A DNA stretch of 63,210 nt, counting the filler, from Aduncisulcus paluster (taxonomy: Eukaryota), in assembly GCA_024181965.1 (NCBI GenBank). It is 4 parts of 4 records of this genome, joined end to end, with 100 filler letters (N's around TTAATTAATTAA, not from the genome) between each part and the next. Parts side by side here need not be neighbours in the genome. Positions count along the whole stretch, not along the records: positions 10,907 to 25,965 come from BQXS01010802.1; positions 26,066 to 52,858 come from BQXS01010803.1; 2 more parts are not named here. The stretch is one strand, 5' to 3'. The translations under genes and the position numbers were made by a program. Positions 23,401-32,923 of this stretch are shown here, one piece after another. Under the pieces are notes generated by a model, which worked only from the letters and a program-made list of their open reading frames with translations, had not been told where the DNA came from and ran no database searches. Numbering within the stretch: the stretch's first letter is position 1; each line of letters begins with the position of its first letter.

Positions 23401-25965
23401 ATCGGGATTTATTTGGCTCTTTGTTATATTCTTCAATAGATAAACGGCATGTAGCCAAGAATTTGATTGTTTTTGTTTACATGACATTTGTATGTTTGAA
23501 TCTCATTGTAAAATACCCCGTTTTCTATGATTCCCGTGATGCCCATAAGGAAGATTGGAACGAAGAACCAGAAGAACCATTGAAATTTATATTTGCAAGT
23601 GACAATGTAATGCAAACCATCGTGAATGAATTCTTTTTACCAATGACACAGCTTAGACATCCATTTTATTCCGGGGTTGGGCCAGAAAATACATATTTGT
23701 TGGATAAACCTTATTTTTCTTTGTTTACTACCATTGCTGAACGAATGGATTCCAAAAGAAATGCGTTCTTTCTTCTATTTCAACCAACTTTGAGGAAAGT
23801 TTTGAAAGATGTATGCAAAACAAAAGGAAAACTCCAGAAAATCTATATTTCTTCTTCTTATTCTTCCTCTTCTTCTTCTTCCTTAATTGAGGATTATCGG
23901 ACTGGGAAAAGGATACAAAAAGCTTCAAAATTTGGAGTTAAGAATCAATTTGTTGATCTTCTATTTGAGAATACTTCTCTCGGAGCTCTTAGAACTTTGA
24001 GAGCTTTGTCGACTCCACCCATAAATGAGAGGATAAAGTTTGAGATTCTCACTTTAATTGATCCATTTTATGAGAATTGGCTTGAAATATTTCATTCTGA
24101 TCCAAGATATACCCTTGAATGGATTCGTTTGATTCTGAATGTTATCAGTATTTCCAAGACAAGAAGAAGTGAAGCCAGCCATCAAAAAAATGGGAGTAAC
24201 TATCAGGCTTTACAAGGAGTTGATGTGTCAAGAAATAGTTTTCCTTCAAATGATAACGATATTATCCAGAATAGTCACCTTTCTTCTTCTTCATTAATAG
24301 ATAAGCCCAATGATGATAAGAATGGTGATTCAAATGTACATACCCTGAATTTTGTCCTTTGCAAGACTCACAATGATAATAACGATTCCGATATTATCTT
24401 ATTCAGATCAATGGTTCCGGTTTCTATTTTTAGAAATTATTGCCAATTGGCGAAGATATTGCCAACAATTAATGAGTTTTTGGCCGAATATAATGGAAAG
24501 TCTGACAGTGGCAGTATTAAGAGTCAGAAAATGGTGAAAACTACTCCAAAGAATATTTTGGTAGCCAAGGGAAAAGAAGAATCTAAATCAAAACCGATAA
24601 TACATAAACCAAAAGATCCAGAATTAGTCTTAGGGAAGTATTTTGATAGGGTGAAATCAGAATCATGGAAATTCTTTCATGTCTTGCTCCCACTCATCCA
24701 AAAATACAGACAGTTCAACGATTATCGATCATCTTCTAAAAATAGATCAAATATAAATTCCTCTTCTTCTTTCTCAAAATCTATGTTTAGCGATTCCTCT
24801 TCCTCTTCCTCTTGTACCATTTTCAATGAACAATATCATCGATTAATGCTCTTTTTTGCCCAATTGGTTGAGGATTATCCTGAAGAATTTTTAAAGAATG
24901 ATATATTTCATCTAATTGAAGATTTATTGGAGGATTGGTTGGAAGAAATCAATCGTGAGAAAGTATTTGAAGAGGAAAGTTGGAAAGACGTGCAAGAAAA
25001 GATGGTACATATGTTAGACATGTCAGGAACCAATTCTCATGAAATTAGAGAAATGAAACAACAAATTCCAGCTTCTTCTTCTTCCTCTTCCTCCTCTTCT
25101 TCCTCTTCTTCCTCCTCTTCGAATTCTATGAGAACTTGGTGTCACTTTTTGGCTGTTTTATCCACTGTTCCTGATCTTGTCCCTCAAATATCCCCCAAAT
25201 ATGATAATATCATGGAATATTGTAGAACTAGGATCCAAACTCAAGAAGATAATGTTACATTTGATGATTATGTTGAGTACATGGGAAATTGTCATCCGGA
25301 ATCTATCAAAAAGTGGAAGATTATGAATGTTTTGAAAGCTGAATTCCTTGAACCTGATAATATAACATCAATAAGTGAACATTGGGGAGTTAATGAAAAG
25401 AAAAAGGAAGAGGAAGAAGAAGAGAAAGAAAAGAAGAAACAAAAATATGGTATTTATTCAATTATAAGGTTTTTAAATGGCGATAAGATATTTTCTCCGA
25501 TTTCTTCCAGTCTTAAAGTCATATTCTATTCGATTTCTAAGCTTGTGAATGTTTTCAGTAATGTAAAAGATGAAATTTATGATTTATTTAGTTCCCTTGA
25601 CAGCGATTATATTGAAATAACATTAAGAAAACAAGAAAAAGAAGAAGAAAAAGAAGAGGAGGAAGAAGAAGAGGAAGAGGAAGAGGAAGAGGAAGAGGAA
25701 GAAAGAAAAGAGAGAGAGGAAGAAAAGCAAACGAGTGAAAATTCTACTACTTCCAAGAATAATTCGAATAATATTTGGAATATCCAGCAAAAAGTAATTC
25801 TCTCAGCCATTTTGATTGATAAACTTTGTACATCTTTTTCAGTCATTTTGTTGAAATCCTTAGATGTTGTGAATTACATTGATCAAAGAACAAAGAAAGA
25901 ATCACAAAACTTGGGAATAGAAGAAAAGATCATCAAATGCGAAAGGCTATCACTGAATGCATCTG
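17435..25965 (+). CDS. Giant helical (ARM/HEAT-like) repeat protein of a lineage-specific family; interrupted by a 685-bp duplication, 3' end lost at the gap
   Basis: ORFs 17435-21463 and 21435-25965 become one frame if one 685-bp copy is removed. Shares W..L.S..S.vP.LVP.ISPKYD..M.wC and the N-terminal block with 52959-61137. Confidence 0.75.
17909..17962 (+). repeat. 18-nt coding tandem repeat x3 (H[VA]EQGE)
   Basis: catg(t/c)tgaacaaggagaa x3. Confidence 0.9.
20760..22132 (+). repeat. Tandem duplication, unit 685 bp, frame-breaking
   Basis: ATGATTCCAAATGAAAATG at 20765 and 21450; both copies end gctcaaac (21444, 22129); the translations are identical. Confidence 0.93.
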
Positions 25966-26065
25966 NNNNNNNNNNNNNNNNNNNNNNNNNNNNNNNNNNN
26001 NNNNNNNNNTTAATTAATTAANNNNNNNNNNNNNNNNNNNNNNNNNNNNNNNNNNNNNNNNNNNN
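25966..26065. other. Artificial 100-nt gap spacer
   Basis: N44-TTAATTAATTAA-N44. Confidence 0.97.
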
Positions 26066-28169
26066 GATGTGAGCACGTATCCCGGAGATCAGCAAGCTCG
26101 GATGCCAGGGAAGCATTCTTCTGTTCGATTTCGTGCAACTGATTTGTCGACTTGGTATGGGCAGATTGGAGCTGTGACTTGGCTTCTTCAGCATCGAGGA
26201 CCTTCTCAGAGAGACGAGCATTCTCTTCTTCAAGCCGAGAACACTCGGTATTCAGGTGTGCCTTTTCAGACTCTAAGGAAGCAATCAACTTCTCTGCTTC
26301 TTCATTGCGCTTCACATGGTCATCAAGCTCGGTGGCTGACATCTCCTTCATGGCAGCAACAGAGGAACGCAACTCACTCTTAACTTCTTCGGCCTCCTTC
26401 ATGTCGTCACACAATTGACGGTATTTCCGTTCAAGCTCATCAAAACGTTCAGTGGTGGTACTGAGACTCTGCTTCATGTCAGTGATCATATCGACCAGAC
26501 GCGTATTCTCAGAACGCAAGGATTCAAGTTCGGGTATAATCTTAAGGCTTTCTAATCTTTTGACTTCTTCAATCAGAAGTTCAACATTAGATTGTTCCAA
26601 AGAATATTTAGCCTTATATTCGGCTATTTCTTCCTTCAATTTAATATTATCCAAAGCCATTTCGTGACATTCTTCTTGAGAATCTTTCTTATCCCGATCT
26701 GAAGATACAAGATCTTGTCTAACTCTTTCAAATTGTTTTAATAATTTCGAATATTTCTCGGCATGCTGTTGTTTTTCCTCCTTTAAAGAAACGAGGTTAG
26801 GAACAAAGGAATCGCCCTGAAGATCCTTTGCAGCTTGGAGAGCTTCCGACAGATCTGATATTCTATTTTTAAGTTTGACAATTTCTTTTGCATTATTGCT
26901 ATGAAGTTCTTTGTGTTTTTCATTATCATATCTGAGTTTCTCATTTTCTAATCTTAATGATTTTATCCTATCATCTTTTTGAAGACATTTGGTTCGTAGA
27001 TTTGACATCGAGTTTCGTAGTTCTCCATTGATTAATGAAGTAAATGAATTGAATTGGGATACTAAGGATGCAATAATTTGAGCTTCTTCGTCTTTTGAGC
27101 ATTTCTTCTCTCGAAGGGCAGTACAAATGGTACTAACATCTTTAACAAATGCTTTTTTCTTTGTTGATATCGCATCCATCATTTGTTTTGATTTGTTTGG
27201 CAGTTCACCGCGCTCAATTAACTGGGCAATGAACTTTCTCATTTGAAGATCAATAACACTAGATATTGATTTGTATGAGGATTTCCCTGCCTTGTAATCA
27301 ATAAGTTTTTGAATATTTTTTGTTCGGGCTCTTTCTAATACCTTTTCTTGAGCAGAAAATGTTGGGAGAATGTATTTTTGGAGAAGAGAAGAAACAAATC
27401 GGGGAAGGGAGTATTCACCGTCAGTATGGCGATATTTATGAATATATAACGACGAAGATATTGGATATTCTTGAGTGGATGGAGAAGATGATTGAGAAAT
27501 TTTGGTGGGGGAAACAATTTGAGAAGGGGAATCAATAATATCAAGAAATACAGAACTATTCGAAAATAATTCAGTTTCAATCTCCTTAAATCTATCTTGT
27601 TTGCATTGATGATGAACTGTTTCAATGGTTTTAATCGGAATTTTATCTTTCCCAAGACGAACATCATTGCTTCTCTTACAGCCATCCAATGATCTAGAGA
27701 TTGACAATAAAACTGTAACAACTGACAATTGTTTCATTTTTGATCCACATTTTGGGTCAACAGTTGGAGTTTGCACAAATTTGGAAGACATGGAAAAATA
27801 AGGTTTTCTCATCGAATAGTGAGAAAAATTATCGTCCAAAATGATCATTATTTCCTGTTTTTTAATTGATTTGGGACTTATATGTGAGGGATTGCTATGC
27901 ATAAATGAAATAGATGCAAGAGATTCAAATTCAAGGGAAGAAATTGCTTTATAAACTGTGGATTTAACTAATTCCCGGGTTTTATGCCAATCATCAGGAG
28001 TAATTGGAGAATGAATATCTTTTTTTGTTATATTATGCAATAGAAAATCATAAGAGACATAGAATACAGAAAAATCCAATTGCATGCAAAAACATGCAAT
28101 GCTGGTTCCTATTGTTGATTTGAATGATGCTACTGGCCCACTGAGCAGTAAAATATTAACTTTGGCCAT
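26066..28169 (-). CDS. PSTK: L-seryl-tRNA(Sec) kinase-like domain fused to a long coiled coil; 3' end in the gap
   Basis: ATG 28169. LLSGPVASFKST (Walker A-like), VSYD, IILDDNFSHYSMR (PSTK DDNFxxxSMR signature), lid CKRSNDVR...IPIKTI and C-terminal DLQMRKFI, then about 300 aa of heptad-rich sequence. Confidence 0.72.
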
Positions 28170-28351
28170 TCTTACACTCAAGAAAACCTCGTATACAAAT
28201 AAGGTTTGATTTAACAAACGAAAAAGCATTAATATTCTCGTTTAATAAATGTAAATGAGAAAATAAGAAGTGATTATTTTCTTAAATGAAAATGGATTGC
28301 ATACTTTATTGAAATTTTATCGATTATTGTTTTGAATCCACTTTGGGGCCC

Positions 28352-29239
28352 ATGTCAGATATCCATTCTATTTTACAGACAGTCCGTGAATACATAGATG
28401 ATGATGACTATGTAGAAACCAAAAAACAACTACATATGATATATACTCAGATTAAAGAGATCTTTGGATCTTCCGACTCCTTTGAAACGCTTCCCAAGGA
28501 AACAAAGGATAAAATATTGAAAAATAATGAAGAATTAGGGAAGATTCTTGAGATTTTGCGTGAAAAGGTTGTTTCTGAAGAATCATCTTCTGAACATCAT
28601 ACAGTAGAGCAAATTATCGATAAATTGCGAGGTAGAATTGCTGATTTCATTGAAAAAAGGAGCTACCATATAACTTTTATTGAGCCTGACTTTGATAGAA
28701 TGAGATACCCCCCTTCTTCGTCCGAACTTTGTATCCGTGCCAGAGGCCAGTTGCAAACCCGCATCAGACGTGCTGCTGAGGAGTACCATTCTGAATTATC
28801 AGCCAAGGGTATCTCTATTGTTGATGTGGTTCATATTGCTTGTGCGCTCGAATATTTTATGAATGCACGGTTTTCTGATCTTAGAGGATACATAGATTTT
28901 TATAAAATTCTTATTTCTTCACTTGAAAACAATCCTGCGGTGATTTACTCTCTCTGCTCAATCGATCCCTCTCAATTTTTGACCGAGATTGTGGATAAGC
29001 CAATTGAGTTTTTTATGACTGAGGCTCAAATTGAAACAAGAAGAAAAAATATTAAACATTATAGTGAACTTTTGCACGAAGAAAAGAGATTTGTTGGACA
29101 ACATACCGATAGAGCTTGTAAGAGGTGCAAGAAGAAGTGTGTTTTCCAATATCAGATGCAGTTTAGATCTGGAGATGAAGCAATGACTCAATGCTTCGAA
29201 TGCACTGCTTGTGGCCATGAATGGAGAGAGAATGATTAG
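28352..29239 (+). CDS. TFIIS: Transcription elongation factor TFIIS
   Basis: C-terminal Zn ribbon CKRCKK...QMQFRSGDEAMTQCFECTACGHEW with the acidic DE hairpin; central domain ACALEYFM...Y...ISSL. Confidence 0.85.
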   Translation: MSDIHSILQTVREYIDDDDYVETKKQLHMIYTQIKEIFGSSDSFETLPKETKDKILKNNEELGKILEILREKVVSEESSSEHHTVEQIIDKLRGRIADFIEKRSYHITFIEPDFDRMRYPPSSSELCIRARGQLQTRIRRAAEEYHSELSAKGISIVDVVHIACALEYFMNARFSDLRGYIDFYKILISSLENNPAVIYSLCSIDPSQFLTEIVDKPIEFFMTEAQIETRRKNIKHYSELLHEEKRFVGQHTDRACKRCKKKCVFQYQMQFRSGDEAMTQCFECTACGHEWREND

Positions 29240-29470
29240 TTTTTGAAGTTTTTGGAATTCAGATGTTTTTTTTTTTTTTTCAGATCGAGGAGATTTAGTT
29301 TGCTTTTTGTCTTGAAATAATAAACTTAGATTCAGTTTTGATAGTAAAATCTCATCCCTCACTTTGTCAGTGCTGTAGATCTAGTCCGAGTCGAAAAAAA
29401 CCTTCATCAGAGAGAATTTTGCCCATACAAAAAAAAAGAAACATTAATCTTTGTTTATTCACGAATTATT

Positions 29471-31015
29471 ATGATAAGACGTTGTGTTATCCCTATTATT
29501 ATTATGTTATTCTTGTTTTTCAGCAAGGCCCAAGGAAATGCCTCACCTGGGAATGAAAATGCAGGAATTCGCATCACTCTTTCTCATGAAACTGCTAATG
29601 CATATTTAAATTCTTTTATGGATAATATTATTAAGCAAATTACGTCAAATCAAGTGCCAGATGAAGACTTTCAAGTGAACCTTGGGATTGCTGTGTATGA
29701 TGTGTCTTTCAGCAGCATTGAAATTGAAAGTCTTAAGTTGCCTGTTGATTTTAATGTGGCTGCAAACAATACTATTATTGTTCGATCTTCTGGTGGTGAA
29801 TGTGTAGTTTCTTGTAATTTTGCTCTAAAAGATCAGATATATCCGTATTCTTATTTAGCAGGATCTGTTCGGATGGATTTAGAAGATCCACAATTAGTTC
29901 TAACGGCAAACATAAATATATCGGATGATACTCATCTTCCACTTGTTACCAATCCTTCGACCTCTCTTGAACTCTCTGATATCATTTTTGATTTTAGTGG
30001 AGATGATTCTGAATCATTGTCAACAATTTTTAATCTTCTTATGCCCACCCTTATGAATTTGTTTGGATCTTTGCTTTCTGGTTGGATAGATGGTAATATC
30101 GTCGAGATGCTTGATTATTATATGAGCATAACAAGTTTTTATGATCAATTTGGTGATAAAACCGTAGGTGTTTTACCATTGGTTCAAAATATGTATTTCT
30201 ACGGAGCATATGATTTTTCCTCGCCAAGTTTTGTCAATTGGAGTCAGAATGGGTATTATTCCAAGGAAGGCAGCGATGGTACCATTTGGTGTTATGATGA
30301 GCCTGTTAATACCGATCTTCCAGAGGTAGAAACAGATGCTGGCGTGCAAATTTCTATCGCTCGTTCTGTCATTGATTCATTTACGTATTCCATGTGGAAG
30401 TCTGGTTCTCTGGACTTCAAGGATATATCCAAACCCCCATCATCGTGGCCAAATCAAACTTCTTTCAATACGAGTGGATCTATTTTCCAGACCTTTGCAC
30501 CTGAACTATATGACGCTTATCCTGACTCTGACCTTCGCATCACTTCCACTCTTCAAGGTCACCCTTTGTGCACAATTGGATCGACAATGGTTAGTTTTCC
30601 ATTTGATTATTCTTTTTCGATTGATGTTCTCCAGGATGGTCAGTGGCTTGAAAACGTTTCTGTTGGGACGGTTTCATTACTGATGGAGGCTGCTATTTAT
30701 GGAACTGATGCTGGTGCTTCTCTCAGTTGGACATTGGGATCTGTCACGTCGATGGCCGTGTCGGTGAATGGAACAGAAGTTGAAGATATCGATTCCACAT
30801 GGGTCAAGCTTGCTTCTCTCTTTGGAATGCTTGGTCTTTCAGATTATATCTCAGATTTAATGACAGGATGTCGTTATGCGGTCGGTCCAGTTGGCACTTT
30901 CCTATATCTTACTGTTGATAATCAAGGCGTTGTCTACGATCCTGAATTCATCACATTTAGTGGTGATTTTGCAACTTTGGACACCACTTTTATGTGGTGT
31001 CGACATTTTAAATGA
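29471..31015 (+). CDS. Secreted BPI/LBP-family (TULIP) lipid-binding protein
   Basis: Signal peptide; NAGIRITLS...ITSNQVPD resembles the BPI N-terminus; FAPELYDAYPDSDLRI resembles the BPI2 motif; two-domain length. Confidence 0.8.
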   Translation: MIRRCVIPIIIMLFLFFSKAQGNASPGNENAGIRITLSHETANAYLNSFMDNIIKQITSNQVPDEDFQVNLGIAVYDVSFSSIEIESLKLPVDFNVAANNTIIVRSSGGECVVSCNFALKDQIYPYSYLAGSVRMDLEDPQLVLTANINISDDTHLPLVTNPSTSLELSDIIFDFSGDDSESLSTIFNLLMPTLMNLFGSLLSGWIDGNIVEMLDYYMSITSFYDQFGDKTVGVLPLVQNMYFYGAYDFSSPSFVNWSQNGYYSKEGSDGTIWCYDEPVNTDLPEVETDAGVQISIARSVIDSFTYSMWKSGSLDFKDISKPPSSWPNQTSFNTSGSIFQTFAPELYDAYPDSDLRITSTLQGHPLCTIGSTMVSFPFDYSFSIDVLQDGQWLENVSVGTVSLLMEAAIYGTDAGASLSWTLGSVTSMAVSVNGTEVEDIDSTWVKLASLFGMLGLSDYISDLMTGCRYAVGPVGTFLYLTVDNQGVVYDPEFITFSGDFATLDTTFMWCRHFK

Positions 31016-31516
31016 TTTTTATTGGTTTTATTAGATCTAACGAATATACACTTTTATTTATTAATTTTCGACAAATACTATCTTTTATTGCTTATCTTCC
31101 TGATATCATATCAGTGATATATTGTTTGTTTTTTTGTTTATTTAATAATATGTTTTTTTGAAGGTATTAATAATGTTAATGTCTCTGACTTTCATGCCAT
31201 TCGATCGCTATCGATATTAACGACTAGATATTGATCAATCAGTTGTTAGCAAATTATAGGACTTCCGTTTAAGAAGACAGTAATTCGTAATCTATTATTC
31301 TTATAATAGGTATTTTCTTAACTGATCTTCTTGGAAAGTTGACTATGTCCAATCAATGGACATGAAAGAAAAATATACGATTGTTCTCACTTCCAGGCGT
31401 ACAGATAATGTCACATTACATTGTGGTGTCACACCAGGTGTGCGAATATTTACTCGTGCTGTGCTGTTCCGATAAATTTATTCTCTGTTTTGTTGAAGTA
31501 AATTCCAATCAGAAGT

Positions 31517-32581
31517 TCAATAGCGATCATCAGAAAAAGGAAGGTCACGAATATTAATTCTGTTCCTCCGATTGATTGAATTTTGTTTGACTTCTCGGGC
31601 GGTTTGTGTTGCATCAAGCTCATGGGCTGTTTCAGAACCAACAATACACACAGTGAATATGACATCGTCTGTCCAACGAATCTCGAAGACAGAATGGAGT
31701 GGGAAAGAACTGCTAAGGGAAGGTCTGGGTGTAGGAAGCCGGGATTCATCATCAAGCAAAGTATCAGACGATGCTCGGATGGACATACTATGATGAGTGG
31801 GGTATATTCTGGCTCTGGGGGTGGCATAGCCTATTCTCGGAGTATTGCGAACAATGAATGATTTTTTACGTGGATCAGTGGAATCTGAAGGTAATCTGGG
31901 TGTGAATGGAGCATGAGGAGGAGTTGGCATTGGAGACATCTCCTCCAACTTTGAATCTTCTTCTTTTCCATCAATAATTTCATTGTGAGTAGGTTTATCT
32001 TCATCAGGAATAGTCCACCAACGTTGGGTAAAAGCATCATCCAACTCAATTAAACAAATTGATCCATTTGCGAATCCAACACACAACCGCAGGCCAGAAG
32101 GGGAAAATGAAACACAGGTAGGCGAAGATTTGAAATATTTCATTGGTTTTAGCATCTCCAAATTTGTTAAATCGAGTAAATAAACGCCCCCTCCGAAATA
32201 TCCATTTGGAGAGGCACCACTAATGGCTATGAATCTTCCAGATGGATGAATCGACATATCATAGTGCCAAACAAAACATTTAGCTATTGAATTGGCTAAT
32301 TTCCTCCTGAATTCAGAAATAAAAGTTGTCTTACCTGGTTGAATAACTTTTCCAGAATGAGGCATAACGCTACGTAAATATATATCATGAACAAAAGAAA
32401 CTTTTTTAATAAATGGAAGTGGAATGGTCAATATGCTCTTTCCAGTATCACTTTCCGAAATTGTTAATATTATCAATGTATCAGGACATAGAATGGCTTC
32501 TCTTTTTATCATACAATGAGATGAGGGCAAATTCAATCTCTTCTGAACATTTTGAATTTCAGGAATTTTAAGTCCCTCCAT
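31517..32581 (-). CDS. WD40-repeat-containing protein
   Basis: DMSIHPSGRFIAISG...VYLLDL and PTCVSFSPSGLRLCVGFANGSICLIEL; too few blades visible for a full propeller. Confidence 0.65.
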   Translation of the reverse strand: MEGLKIPEIQNVQKRLNLPSSHCMIKREAILCPDTLIILTISESDTGKSILTIPLPFIKKVSFVHDIYLRSVMPHSGKVIQPGKTTFISEFRRKLANSIAKCFVWHYDMSIHPSGRFIAISGASPNGYFGGGVYLLDLTNLEMLKPMKYFKSSPTCVSFSPSGLRLCVGFANGSICLIELDDAFTQRWWTIPDEDKPTHNEIIDGKEEDSKLEEMSPMPTPPHAPFTPRLPSDSTDPRKKSFIVRNTPRIGYATPRARIYPTHHSMSIRASSDTLLDDESRLPTPRPSLSSSFPLHSVFEIRWTDDVIFTVCIVGSETAHELDATQTAREVKQNSINRRNRINIRDLPFSDDRY

Positions 32582-32923
32582 CTATCAGCCAAAACACTAT
32601 TGTATTCTCTAGTTCTTTGTCCAAGTATAAAATCACACAAAAAGAGCTTTATTCAGGAGTTACGTATAACATAAAAATGCGGAGTCCTATTAAATAATTA
32701 GAATCATGGAAATTCCAAGTTCTAGAATCATTTTGTTGTCATAAGAGAATGGCTTATATTTTGTTGGGGGAAAACCTAATTATATTAGTTAAGTTCAGCT
32801 TAGATTATAAAAATGCATCCATATTAAAAATAAAAAATCGAATCAATATTGATTTGATTGGCACGTTTTTTCTCCCTCGTTTCTGAAGGTATGGGACGAA
32901 TGAATCACTGTGCCAAAGGACCA

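Noticed and set aside
29150-29200. TFIIS hairpin variant QFRSGDEAM as an inactive factor
   Set aside because: The catalytic Asp-Glu pair and all four Zn cysteines are retained; this is ordinary divergence.
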